Notes: generated by a model not told the origin, from the letters alone. A DNA stretch of 64,000 nt from Anaerolineales bacterium (GCA_034430615.1 DAOUEJ010000216.1:19016-83015); one strand, 5' to 3'. Positions 9,744 through 19,555 are shown, counted from the first letter of the stretch. Numbers and translations: made by a program.

Positions 9744-10631
9744 ATGGTCGTCGACAGCTTCAAATACCTGCCGCGCCTGATCGCCGCGTTCTACCAGATG
9801 GCGGAGGTTGAACCCCGCCGGCCGATTCCATGGACCCCTATGTCCGGTCCACTCGACCAATGCACGTTTGGTCTGGTCACCTCGGCCGGCCTCTACGCTG
9901 CTAATACCGACAGCCCATTCGATGTCGAGCGCGAACGACTTGAACCGACCTGGGGCGATCCCAGTTTCCGCCGCATCACGAAAGATATATCAACCGAGGA
10001 CCTCGCCATCAGCCACCTGCACCTCAACACGGCCGACATCCAGCGCGATCCCAATATCGTCTTCCCCCGCGAGCGGATGGAAGAACTGGTGGAAAACGGT
10101 CGCATTGGAGGACTGGCTGAAGAGAATTTCTCCTTCATGGGCTACCAGGGCTACCCGCCCGATACGAAAGCCTGGGAGCAGAAGTATGGTCCCCAGGTAG
10201 CCCAGGCGCTCAAGAGTGCTGGTGTCCAATGCGTCATCCTCACCCCGGTGTGACCAGATTGCGCCATCAACGTGCCCGTGCTGGCGCGTACACTCGAAGC
10301 CGCTGGACTCTCAACAATCCTGATCACGATGATGCCAGTTTGGGCAGAAGCGATCGGCGTCCCCCGAACACTCGCAGTCGAATTTCCGTTCGGTCATACC
10401 CTTGGGGCTCCCGGTGACACAGCGCAACAGCTGCGCGTGCTATCACAAGCACTTGGTATCCTTGAGCAGGCGACCGAACCCGGGTATATCGAACACAGCC
10501 TTGAAACATGGCACGAACCCTTGGATGCGGCCATTAAGTCCTGGCAGCCTGCTGAACCTTCTCCGATCATCGCCGAACTGTCGCCCAAGTTCCGTGAGAT
10601 GCTCCGCTCAAGGCGCCGGAACCGTTCATAG
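9744..10631 (+). CDS. PrdB/GrdB-family reductase selenoprotein B homolog with in-frame UGA (Sec) at 10251..10253
   Basis: Track ORFs 9720..10253 and 10272..10631 are in the same frame and are separated only by TGA. The joined sequence reads ...SAGVQCVILTPV-U-PDCAINVPVLARTLEAAGLSTILI..., a U-x-x-C motif. Flanking blocks (PIPWTP, LVTSAGL, FPRERMEELVENGRIG, AGLSTI) match my recollection of D-proline reductase PrdB, whose Sec lies in TAG-U-GTC. ATG 9744 has a ggag RBS. Confidence 0.8.
10260..10288 (+). promoter_or_regulatory. SECIS-like stem-loop downstream of UGA 10251..10253
   Basis: u-gcgcca / uggcgc-g outer stem with an inner acg-ugcc-cgu apex. It starts 7 nt after the UGA, with the apex about 20 nt after it. 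Folded by eye only. Confidence 0.4.
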
Positions 10632-10693
10632 GAGCTGGGATCCGGCTGAACTTTGATCGCAGAACATTAAGCTGCCGCAACAGGAGATTGAAA

Positions 10694-12106
10694 ATGCGTC
10701 CTCTTGAAATCTTGCTCCTGGTCCTGATCGGTACGGATCTCCTCAGTCAAATCCTTGATCGGAAGATCGAGTTTCAAGGACTTCCACTGATCCCGTCGCT
10801 AACGATCATCACCAGCACGCTTCAGATCACGCTCGAGGGCTATCGCTGGCAGCTTGTACCCGCCTATCTGCTTGCGATCAGTTTCTTCCTGCTCGCTATC
10901 GTCCGTAGACGACGTGAGCCGGAGTCGAAGAAAGGGACAAACTGGACATTCAAAGGCTTGGCTCTGCTGGCCTTCGCTGTGGCCATTGGCTTGCCGGTGC
11001 TGCTCCCGGTGCCTCGCCTGAACGCACCCGATGGATCCTATCCGGTGGGCACAACGACGCTCGAACTTGTCGACACAAAGCGCGTGGACCCTTATGCCCC
11101 TGAACCTGACCAGCCGCGCCGGACACTCCTGCAAATCTGGTACCCGGCTGAGGGCGCTCCCGGGCTCCACCACGCACCCTGGATGGAGGCGGCGGAAATT
11201 GTGGCTCCCGCCGTTGCAAATTGGATCAATCTGCCATCGTTCTTCCTTGACCACCTGGCGCTGTCTCGCTCTCCTGCTTTACAGGATGCACGTGTGTATC
11301 CGGCCAGCGATAGATACCCGATCGTGCTCTTCTCACACGGCTACGGTGGTTTTCGCGCCCAGAATACCAACCAGGCGATCTACCTCGCCAGCCATGGCTT
11401 CATCGTAGCGGCCGTCGAGCATACCTACGGAGCTGTCGTGACCGTTTTCCCCGACGGCGAAGTCGCCTACCACAACCCTGATACATTACCGGACGGGCTG
11501 TCAGAACTGGAAGACCTGGCGGCAACGCGACGCCTGGGGGACCAATGGGCCGGGGATCTGGCGTATGCGCTCGACACGCTGACCTCTCTAGATCAGGGCG
11601 GAGAGGGAGACCTTTTTACAAACCGGCTAGACCTAGAAAATATAGGCGTGATGGGGCACTCAACCGGAGGCGGGGCAGCGATCGAGTTCTGCCAGCACGA
11701 TCCACGATGCGCCTCGGTCCTGACCATGGATCCCTACTTGAAGCCGGTTTCGGAGCAAACCCTGGAAACTGGACTGGCGGTCCCTGCCCTTCATCTCTTT
11801 AGCGAGCGCTGGTCGTCGGGGGAAAATCAGCAGGCGTTCAGTAGGTTTGCCACGCAAGCAGCAAACAATACCTGGACAGGATCCATTGCCGGAACCGCTC
11901 ATTATGATTTTACGGACCTGCCACTGCTCACGCCCCTGGCTTCAATGATCAGTTTAAAAGGGCCGATCCCAGGGCCGCGTGTGGTTGAGATTATCAACGC
12001 ATACACGCTTGCGTTCTTCGATTTCACGCTCAAGGGACAGGCCTCCGCTTTAATCCCGGGATTGAGCACTCCATACGTTGAGTTGATCCTGAAGAATATC
12101 CCATGA
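10694..12106 (+). CDS. Membrane-anchored alpha/beta hydrolase, PAF-acetylhydrolase / dienelactone-hydrolase-like lipase
   Basis: N-terminal TM helices, then VLFSHGYGGFRAQNT and the nucleophile elbow GHSTGG. Confidence 0.7.
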   Translation: MRPLEILLLVLIGTDLLSQILDRKIEFQGLPLIPSLTIITSTLQITLEGYRWQLVPAYLLAISFFLLAIVRRRREPESKKGTNWTFKGLALLAFAVAIGLPVLLPVPRLNAPDGSYPVGTTTLELVDTKRVDPYAPEPDQPRRTLLQIWYPAEGAPGLHHAPWMEAAEIVAPAVANWINLPSFFLDHLALSRSPALQDARVYPASDRYPIVLFSHGYGGFRAQNTNQAIYLASHGFIVAAVEHTYGAVVTVFPDGEVAYHNPDTLPDGLSELEDLAATRRLGDQWAGDLAYALDTLTSLDQGGEGDLFTNRLDLENIGVMGHSTGGGAAIEFCQHDPRCASVLTMDPYLKPVSEQTLETGLAVPALHLFSERWSSGENQQAFSRFATQAANNTWTGSIAGTAHYDFTDLPLLTPLASMISLKGPIPGPRVVEIINAYTLAFFDFTLKGQASALIPGLSTPYVELILKNIP

Positions 12107-12181
12107 TCATCCGACAATCACGATCAATATATTTGAGAAAAGACAATCGGATGCTAGCTACAGAACGGACGGAATACCTCC

Positions 12182-15100
12182 ATGCAAACTAAAGCAGATC
12201 CACGCCTCAAATCGATCGTACTGGTCACAATGCTGGCCGTTCTCATTTTCTTGCTCGCTGCCTGCCGGGCTGCATCGGCCGTGCCGACGGATGAAGCCCA
12301 AGCGGGGCATGTCTTGATCGCCGAGATCTTGGGCGGGATCGAGGGTGACAATCTGCACGAATTCATCGAGCTCTACAATCCACAGCCCGAACGGGCGGAT
12401 CTTACGGGATGGTCGCTGGAGTACAAACTATCGGATGCGGACGGGAGTGTGGCGCTGTACGATTGGGAGATCCCGGCCTCGATCGGACCTAACGGATCGC
12501 TGCTGCTTGTGCACAGCGGCTTTTACCTGGGCGTGACCGCGGATGCCTATTTTGAGCAGGGTTTGAATCTCACATCTGGAGGACTGCGACTGATCGACGA
12601 CACAGGCCAGATGGTCGATCAGGTTGGCTGGGGATCGGCGCCAGTTGATTTTACGGAAGACTCGCCGGCGCCAGCGCTGCAAAATGGAATCTCTCTTGAG
12701 CGCCTGCCTGGTGGCAGTGCAGGCAGCACAGCGGATACTGATGACAACCTGGCTGATTTTGTGTTGCGGGAAGACCCCGCCCCCCGCAACACAGGCTCAG
12801 GCCCAACGCCAGGTGAAACGCCTCCCTTCTCTCTGACGCTTGATATTCCCGCTGGTGTCGCACCCGGGGATACGTTCCCAGTCGTGCTCCAGTTATCGAA
12901 CAACAGCGATCAGACAATCGCTAATCTGGAACTCCAGCTGCCACTGCCGGCGCCACTTGGAATCAGCCAGAAGCCGCCCGATTTGCAAATCGCGGGCACG
13001 ACCCTACAGGCACGCAGCGTTTCAATTGAAGGCGGGGCCAGCCAGTCCTGGACCATCCAGGTCCGCGCGCCCTGGACCTATCTCACGCTCCCACTGCGGG
13101 ATGTGTTTGCGCGGGATGCAGGCGGCCGCTATGCCTATGCCAACCCGGCCTGGCTCGAGATTCGGGAGGGGGTGATCCCGATCGGCGTCTCGAGGAACTT
13201 GATCGATACCACGGTGAAGGTTGAAGGCCTGGCGACGATGTACACGGGGGGCTACTTCGCCGGCTCGGGCAATGTCAAGTTCTACCTGCAGGATGAAAGC
13301 GGCGGGGTTCAGGTATGGGTGCCATCCGGTGAAGGCAGCCTCGCGGTGAACATCGGGGATCGGGTGCAGGTAACGGGTGAGATGCAACTTTACCGTGGCG
13401 CCCGTGAATTGGTGGCCACACCCGAAACAGTGATCATCCTCGATGCTGAACCTGGCCCTCGCCCATTGGAGGCCACGATCCAACAAGCCAGCCTCGATAT
13501 CGAGAGCCTCCCTGGCCAGCTGGTATCGGTCGAAGGAACCGCAAACCGTATCGAGGAATTCAGCTACAGTTTCGAAGTTGACCTGATCGATCCGGCAGGG
13601 AACCTGCTGACCCTGTACATCGATAAGCAGACTGAGATGAGCGTCGAGCAGCTTGAGCTTGGCCGGGATTATCAGTCAACCGGGATCCTGGAAGTGCTTG
13701 ATTCGACCGTCCTGCTTTATCCCCGCATCGCTGACGACCTGGTCGAGATATACCCCGAAGAAATTCTTCTCAGCGCTGAAGCGCCGCTCACCACACTGCC
13801 GGGCGTACCTTTCACGATCAGCCTGCAGGCCACCAACCACACACGGTCGGAATCATACAGACAAAACCTGATCCTTCCCTGGCCCCAGCCCGGGCTTACC
13901 CTGCTGGAGATCGAAGACGGCGGGGTCCTCGAAGAAGGTGAAATACACTGGTGGCTTCCAAGCCTTGATCCCGAGTTTGGATCCATCTCCGTAAAGATCA
14001 GGGTCGCAGCTGTCCCTGGTCAGACTGCGCGTCTCGTGGGCTACTATCTCCTCAGCCCTGCTGGCGGATTGACTTCTGAGGGCATCCCACTGCAAATCTT
14101 CCTGGGTGATGAAATACCCATCTGGGCTCTTCAGGGTGCGGGGGAGTCCTCATCGTACAAACTGAAGACAGTCACGACCTCTGGCATCGTGACAGGTGTC
14201 TTCCCGGACCTTGGAGGATTGTGGCTCCAAAACCCCCTGCCTGATGACGATCCATCGACTTCTGAGGGCATCTTCATCGCTTGCGGAGAGAAAGTGACTT
14301 CGCTCAAACCGGGTGACATGATTAACGTCACAGGCGTGGTGCGGGAGATCGCGGCGCAAACCCAGATTGCCGTTCAGGACTGCAGCAAGCTTGACCCGCT
14401 TTCCTCCAGGTTGTCGCTCCCTGAAGCACGCAGCCTCGACCCGCCGGTAGATCCGAGTGCCTCCGCTAAGTATTATGAGTCACTCGAGGGAATGCTGGTT
14501 GCGATCGAAGAGCCTGCCATCGTTATCGGGCCGAGCTCACGCTACGGCGAGACATTTCTCCTGCTTGAAAAATTGGGGGTTGAACGGCTGTATCGCGGGG
14601 ATCCGACCGGAGCCGTGATCACCATCGACGATGGCACCGATGCTGCCTTTGAGGATAGGGACGGGATGACTGCCGCACTGGCGGTTGGCGACCGGGTGAC
14701 CCGGGCTATCGGCCCGCTGGCCTACACCTTTGGTGCCTATAAGATCGAGCCGATCGAAGCGCTGGTGACGAACTCACAACCGCTGCCGCAGATCCCTTCC
14801 AGCCCCATCCTCGGAAACGGGCAGTTTTCCGTCATGACCTGGAACGTCGAGAACCTGTTCGACATCCTTGCTCCGCATCCAAGCAGCCCTCCCCGGCCAC
14901 GTAAAGCCGAGTACGAACAGCACCTGGAGAGGATCGCACGCACGATCATCGCCGCTGGATCCCCAGCCATCATCGCGCTGCAGGAGGTTGAAAATGTTGG
15001 GATCCTTGATGATCTGGCTGCTCTCGGGCTGCTCTCCGAATTCTCCTATCACGGCTACCTTCTGGAAGGGACCGACAGCCGGGGGATTGATGTCGGCTAC

Positions 15101-15652
15101 TTGATCCGGGAGGACCTGGTCCAGGTGTTGGACCTCAAGCAGCTGCCTGCTCCCGAAGGCTTGACCAGCCGGCCGCCGCTCTCCATCCACGTGCGCGTCC
15201 GTGAAGGGGGACAGGAGCTCGTGCTGTTCAACAACCACTTCCTGTCGCTATCCGGTGGTGAAGCCGCAACCGAGCCGCGCCGCACCGCACAAGCTGCCTG
15301 GAACGCCTCGCTGGTGGAAGCGCAGTTGGAATCAGAGCCTGGTGTGTGGGTGGCCGTGTTGGGTGACCTCAACTCGTTTTTCGTGGATCCTCCCATCGAA
15401 AGGCTGCGGGGGGCTGGGCTGAAACATGTGTTTGATGCGATCCCCGCGAGTGATCGTTATACGTACGTCTTCCAGGGGGTCTCGCAAAGCCTCGATCACA
15501 TCCTCGTGAGCGAGGACATGTGGGAAGAGTTGGTGGAGGTCACAGTGCTGCATCTCGATGCCGACTATCCGCCGCCCGTGCCCGGTGATCCATCGCCATG
15601 GCGGGAGTCGGATCATGACCCGGTCGTCGCGGTTTTTGAGCTTGCGCCGTGA
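12182..15652 (+). CDS. Large secreted/lipoprotein nuclease: lamin-tail domain (LTD) + C-terminal endonuclease/exonuclease/phosphatase (EEP) domain
   Basis: Lipobox-like LLAAC. The LTD signature is LIAEILGG...EFIELYNP...LTGWSL. The EEP N-terminal motif is FSVMTWNVENLFD and the C-terminal motif is SDHDPVV. Confidence 0.8.
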   Translation: MQTKADPRLKSIVLVTMLAVLIFLLAACRAASAVPTDEAQAGHVLIAEILGGIEGDNLHEFIELYNPQPERADLTGWSLEYKLSDADGSVALYDWEIPASIGPNGSLLLVHSGFYLGVTADAYFEQGLNLTSGGLRLIDDTGQMVDQVGWGSAPVDFTEDSPAPALQNGISLERLPGGSAGSTADTDDNLADFVLREDPAPRNTGSGPTPGETPPFSLTLDIPAGVAPGDTFPVVLQLSNNSDQTIANLELQLPLPAPLGISQKPPDLQIAGTTLQARSVSIEGGASQSWTIQVRAPWTYLTLPLRDVFARDAGGRYAYANPAWLEIREGVIPIGVSRNLIDTTVKVEGLATMYTGGYFAGSGNVKFYLQDESGGVQVWVPSGEGSLAVNIGDRVQVTGEMQLYRGARELVATPETVIILDAEPGPRPLEATIQQASLDIESLPGQLVSVEGTANRIEEFSYSFEVDLIDPAGNLLTLYIDKQTEMSVEQLELGRDYQSTGILEVLDSTVLLYPRIADDLVEIYPEEILLSAEAPLTTLPGVPFTISLQATNHTRSESYRQNLILPWPQPGLTLLEIEDGGVLEEGEIHWWLPSLDPEFGSISVKIRVAAVPGQTARLVGYYLLSPAGGLTSEGIPLQIFLGDEIPIWALQGAGESSSYKLKTVTTSGIVTGVFPDLGGLWLQNPLPDDDPSTSEGIFIACGEKVTSLKPGDMINVTGVVREIAAQTQIAVQDCSKLDPLSSRLSLPEARSLDPPVDPSASAKYYESLEGMLVAIEEPAIVIGPSSRYGETFLLLEKLGVERLYRGDPTGAVITIDDGTDAAFEDRDGMTAALAVGDRVTRAIGPLAYTFGAYKIEPIEALVTNSQPLPQIPSSPILGNGQFSVMTWNVENLFDILAPHPSSPPRPRKAEYEQHLERIARTIIAAGSPAIIALQEVENVGILDDLAALGLLSEFSYHGYLLEGTDSRGIDVGYLIREDLVQVLDLKQLPAPEGLTSRPPLSIHVRVREGGQELVLFNNHFLSLSGGEAATEPRRTAQAAWNASLVEAQLESEPGVWVAVLGDLNSFFVDPPIERLRGAGLKHVFDAIPASDRYTYVFQGVSQSLDHILVSEDMWEELVEVTVLHLDADYPPPVPGDPSPWRESDHDPVVAVFELAP

Positions 15653-15710
15653 ACGGGAAGGATCTTCATTCGAGTAAATTAATTGAGTGAATCATCTCCC
15701 GGAAATAGTA

Positions 15711-15734
15711 TGGGCAAGGTGACCTTGCCCCTAC
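15711..15734 (-). repeat. REP-like unit GTAGGGGCAAGG-TCA-CCTTGCCCA
   Basis: Minus-strand reading gives a GTAG head followed by an 8-bp stem. It is in inverted orientation to the GTAGGGGC unit at 15753, 18 bp away, and could also act as the nuclease-gene terminator. Confidence 0.55.
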
Positions 15735-15746
15735 GCGTATATATTA

Positions 15747-17503
15747 ACGATTGTAGGGGCTGTCCCAAAAGGGCAGCCCCATTCGCGTTTTAAGAGCAAA
15801 TCACTAGAATGGGGGACATGAAAAAGAAGAAAAGTCCACACGCTGTGTTCAAACCCTACACGATGGGCCAGCTGCAGCTCCCTACGAATCTAGAAGACCT
15901 CATCCCCGATGGTCACCTGGTGAGAAGGGTGCATGAAGCGATTGAGCGGGTGAATCTAGATCCCCTGATCCAGCAATACAAAGGGGGAGGGACCAGCAGC
16001 TACCATCCGAAGATGATGTTGAAGGTGCTGGTGTATGCCTACACCCAGCAGATCTACTCGTCACGGAAGATTGCCAAGGCGCTGCGGGAGAACATCCACT
16101 TCATGTGGATCAGCGGGAACAGCAGGCCGGACTTCCGCACGATCAACCGCTTCCGGGGCGAAGTGCTCGGGAAGGTGATGGCCGAGATCTTCACTGCGGT
16201 TCTCGAGCTGCTGATCGAAGAAGGCTATGTGAAGCTGGAGCATTATTTCCTGGACGGGACGAAGATCGAAGCCAATGCGGGCAAGTACACCTATGTGTGG
16301 GCGAAGAGCACGAAGCGAAACAAGGGCCAGTTGCAGGCGAAAGTGAAGCAGCTGCTGGAAGAGATCGAGCGGGTGAACAAGGACGAAGAAGAGGAGTATG
16401 GAGATCGTGATCTTGAAGAGCTGGGCGAAGAAGCTGAGATCGACGCCGACCGATTGGACAAGAAGGTCAAGGAGCTGGACGAGATCCTCCAGCGCGGATT
16501 GAGTGAAGGGGAGAAAAAGCCGGACAAGCGCGACAAGAAACGTGCGAAAGCCCTGAGGATCCTGGAGAAGGAATGCCTACCCCGCCTGCGAAAGTATGAA
16601 GAACAGGAGCGGATCCTGCAGGGACGGGGCAGCTATTCGAAGACGGATGAGGAAGCTACCTTCATGCGCATGAAGGATGATCCTCTGCGGAAGGCGCAGC
16701 TCAAGCCTGCCTATACCATCCTGGCACAGGGCAACCTCCAGTTGGGGACCGAGAACCAGTTTGTGGTTGGACTGAGTGTTCATCAGCGGCCGGGAGACAC
16801 AGGCTGTATGGTGCCGCATATGGAAGGGGTGAAAGCCCGCCTCGGCCGGCTTCCGGAGAAAGTCGTCGCGGACGCTGGTTATGGCAGCGAAGAGAACTAT
16901 GTCTACCTGGAAGAGCGAGGTGTGGAAGGCTTCGTGAAGTACAACACCTTCCACCAGGAACAGAAGAAGCGGAGCCGGAAGACGCGTTTCCTCGCCGAGC
17001 AGTTCCCTTACAACGAAGAGAAGGATGAGTTCATCTGTCCGGATGGGCGACGCATGCTCTATCGTGAGACAAGCCGATACAGGACAGAGAATAACTACTT
17101 GAAGGAAGTCCGCGTCTACGAGTGTGAAGGCTGCGCCGGGTGTAGGCTTCGCGCCGAGTGTACACATTCGAAGGAAAACAGACGCATTCGTGTGAGCTTT
17201 GTGCTGCAAGAATTGCGTGCAAAGGCCAGAGATCGTTTGCTCTCCGAAGAAGGGTTGGCTTTGCGTTCCAGACGCCCTGTGGAAGCGGAAAGCGTATTTG
17301 GGAGATTGAAACAGAATTGGCAGTTCAGAAGGTTGATGCTCCGGGGATTGAGAAAAGTAGAGACCGAGCTTAGCCTGCTCTGCATTGCACACAACCTATC
17401 AAAAATGACGGTTGCATAGCCGCCGTTCTTTTTTTTGCCACGCAAAAGTATGGAGAAAGGGCCGTCCAAGCTTCTTTTTGGACGGCCCCTACGGGTATCG
17501 TTG
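15747..17503 (+). mobile_element. IS1182-family insertion sequence (approximate ends)
   Basis: A single transposase ORF is flanked by inverted termini: aacgat..GTAGGGGCTGTCCCAAAAGGGCAGCCCC on the left and GGGCCGTCCAAGCTTCTTTTTGGACGGCCCCTAC..atcgtt on the right. I could not identify a target-site duplication. Confidence 0.7.
15809..17419 (+). CDS. IS1182-family (IS5-like DDE) transposase
   Basis: 536 aa. The N-terminus reads YTMGQLQLPTNLEDLIPDGHLVRRV...YHPKMMLKVLVYAYTQQIYSSRKIA. A central charged coiled region is followed by ADAGYGSEENY and the C-terminal LRGLRKVETELSLLCIAHNL. Confidence 0.9.
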   Translation: MGDMKKKKSPHAVFKPYTMGQLQLPTNLEDLIPDGHLVRRVHEAIERVNLDPLIQQYKGGGTSSYHPKMMLKVLVYAYTQQIYSSRKIAKALRENIHFMWISGNSRPDFRTINRFRGEVLGKVMAEIFTAVLELLIEEGYVKLEHYFLDGTKIEANAGKYTYVWAKSTKRNKGQLQAKVKQLLEEIERVNKDEEEEYGDRDLEELGEEAEIDADRLDKKVKELDEILQRGLSEGEKKPDKRDKKRAKALRILEKECLPRLRKYEEQERILQGRGSYSKTDEEATFMRMKDDPLRKAQLKPAYTILAQGNLQLGTENQFVVGLSVHQRPGDTGCMVPHMEGVKARLGRLPEKVVADAGYGSEENYVYLEERGVEGFVKYNTFHQEQKKRSRKTRFLAEQFPYNEEKDEFICPDGRRMLYRETSRYRTENNYLKEVRVYECEGCAGCRLRAECTHSKENRRIRVSFVLQELRAKARDRLLSEEGLALRSRRPVEAESVFGRLKQNWQFRRLMLRGLRKVETELSLLCIAHNLSKMTVA

Positions 17504-17597
17504 GGTAGTGACATGCCCTCATTGAAGTACCCGCAATGGCGAGTGGTCTAGGCGGAGATGAGACCAAACCCGCTTCCCGCAGTGAGTGCTGTCGGGG

Positions 17598-17945
17598 TTA
17601 GATATCCATCAAGCGGTCGCGTACGTCGATCGCCTGGCCAAAGGCTGCGCCAAACACCGCCAGGATGACGATCGCCACGATCCCCACCATGTCGGTCCAC
17701 TCGGCCTGGACGAAGTAAGGCAGCAGGAGCAGGACCAGGAGCCCGAGCAGGATCCCCACAAGGGTGAAAGTGATCACCTTTGGGATCTGGCTGAAGATTT
17801 TGGAGAACACGAAAGGCTCCCGGCTTCCACGCCGGCGCCGGGCGACGTGATGCTGAACTTTCTGCTGCTGAACCTGGGGATCGCGCAGCGAAATCTGCCG
17901 GTCACGGAGTTTGCGCAGGCGTTCGACCTCATCCTCACGGCCCAT
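17598..17945 (-). CDS. Small membrane protein (115 aa, basic N-terminus + 2 TM helices)
   Basis: A ggagga RBS lies 4 nt before the ATG. Two clear hydrophobic helices. No family recognised. Confidence 0.6.
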   Translation of the reverse strand: MGREDEVERLRKLRDRQISLRDPQVQQQKVQHHVARRRRGSREPFVFSKIFSQIPKVITFTLVGILLGLLVLLLLPYFVQAEWTDMVGIVAIVILAVFGAAFGQAIDVRDRLMDI

Positions 17946-18446
17946 ATCATCCTCCGAAATGGCATAAAACGTTCATTTGTATTGTAGCGAATATAAAGCT
18001 GGAATCAAGCCAGATTGCCGGACCTAGTGGATTAGCTCGGCCTGATCCTTGATCGCCCCGCGCTTGTCGAGCGGGATCTGTCGATCAGGATCAAGGTCCT
18101 GTGGAGGGTCAACCCGGTGAAAGTCAGATGCAGCGCGGGTTCCATATCAAAGCCTTCCATGCGCTCGAGACAATCCGAAGCGCCGGGACGGTGATCCACT
18201 CTGCGCAGCGCTGGCCTTCCAGCGTGGGACAAGCTTCCCGGAGCTAGCAACCCACTGAACCCGCACCCATCATCGCTGAGCTCACACCGAAGGTACGCGA
18301 AATCCTGCGCAATCGTCTACAATTCATCCCGCATTCAGAGTATCGAAAGTGATACCGAAGGTGTTTTATTCAAAGAGAATTGTGATGAAATATCATTGCG
18401 TCGGTGAATTGTTCGCAGCGCGATTACCATCGAGAAGGAAAAATCA

Positions 18447-19262
18447 TTGACTAAACCCAAATCGATGCTCAAGATTCTTGAGGAAACCAGCCGTACTTTC
18501 TATTTACCGATCATCCGCCTTCCCCAGGGGCTTCAGGAAGCAGTTGCCTCAGCCTACCTTTGTATGCGGGCGATCGATGAGATCGAGGATCATCCCGAGC
18601 TTGATCCGCGACAGAAATCGAATATCCTTCAAGCCGTGAGCTTTGCCCTTCAGGGTCAGCATTCCGTAGAAAACTTCAAGCACGAAGACTTGAGCGAAGC
18701 TTTCCTGAATATGACGCGGCTGCCAGAAGTAACCCAGCGGCTAGGCGAGTGGGCCATCCTGGCGCCTGGCGCAATCGCTCCCAGGATCTGGGAGGCTACC
18801 GCCGCCATGGCAGAACGGATGGCAATGTGGGCCCAGCGCGGTTGGTCTGTGGTTACCCAATCCGATCTTGATCGCTACACTTTCAGTGTCGCGGGTGCCG
18901 TCGGACTTCTGCTCTGCGACTTGTGGGGTTGGTTTGATGGCCTGCAACTCGAGCGTAGCCACGCCATCTCCTTCGGCCGCGGTCTACAAGCCGTGAATAT
19001 TCTCCGGAATCGCAAGGATGATCTCAGCCGAGGTGTGGACCTTTACCCTCAGGGTTGGGGTGATAAGGACATGGAAACCTACGCCCGCGACAGGCTTATC
19101 GCTTCAGAAAGCTACAGCAACACATTTCCTGAGTTATATAAGAGCTTTATCGCCATTCCGCATGCTCTGGCCGTCGCAACGCTCGACGCGCGCCGTGATG
19201 GGAAGCTCAAACTATCACGGGCTGCTGTCCTGCAGATCGTTAGTCAATTCGATCGGGCTTAA
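18447..19262 (+). CDS. Squalene/phytoene synthase family protein
   Basis: TSRTFYLPIIRLP...AYLCMRAIDEIED is the first Asp-rich motif. The second motif region, QAVNILRNRKDDLSRG, is atypical (N for the first D). TTG start with a gaaggaa RBS. Confidence 0.75.
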   Translation: MTKPKSMLKILEETSRTFYLPIIRLPQGLQEAVASAYLCMRAIDEIEDHPELDPRQKSNILQAVSFALQGQHSVENFKHEDLSEAFLNMTRLPEVTQRLGEWAILAPGAIAPRIWEATAAMAERMAMWAQRGWSVVTQSDLDRYTFSVAGAVGLLLCDLWGWFDGLQLERSHAISFGRGLQAVNILRNRKDDLSRGVDLYPQGWGDKDMETYARDRLIASESYSNTFPELYKSFIAIPHALAVATLDARRDGKLKLSRAAVLQIVSQFDRA

Positions 19263-19531
19263 TCTGAGCTGCCATAGCCCTTTCCAATGAATATGATCCA
19301 GCAAACAACTGGGAGAATTCGTTTACATAGCGGAAGAGCTAATCTGTACCTTCGATATATGTCCCAACCCACAGCATTTCATATCACGTTTTGATCACGA
19401 ACAACTTTTCCAAGGAATCGTTTTACTACTAAAGAGGGCATGTCAATCGTGAGTTCATAGTAACCGCCCTGGCCTAAATCGGACAGGAAGCCTCTGGTTA
19501 TAGTCGGGTGGGCCATGGCGTTAATGGAGAA

Positions 19532-19555
19532 ACGGGGCGCCTGTAGGCGCCCCGT
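19532..19555. terminator. GC-rich 24-nt palindrome acggggcgcctgtaggcgccccgt between convergent genes
   Basis: A perfect inverted repeat 32 nt downstream of the ABC substrate-binding gene stop, so it could terminate in both directions. It resembles the GGGGC-stem REP-like units seen elsewhere in the window. Confidence 0.45.

Noticed and set aside
17946-18446. A 500-bp gap with only a 72-aa minus-strand ORF (18032..18250); possible gene remnant or ncRNA
   Set aside because: Six-frame reading gave only low-complexity peptides with no RBS and no convincing motif or structure. I cannot support any feature here.
19263-19531. Relatively AT-rich ~270-bp spacer between convergent genes; checked for sRNA, tRNA or a riboswitch
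   Set aside because: No cloverleaf, conserved riboswitch core or promoter-terminator pair was recognisable. Only the GC-rich palindrome at 19532..19555 is reported.
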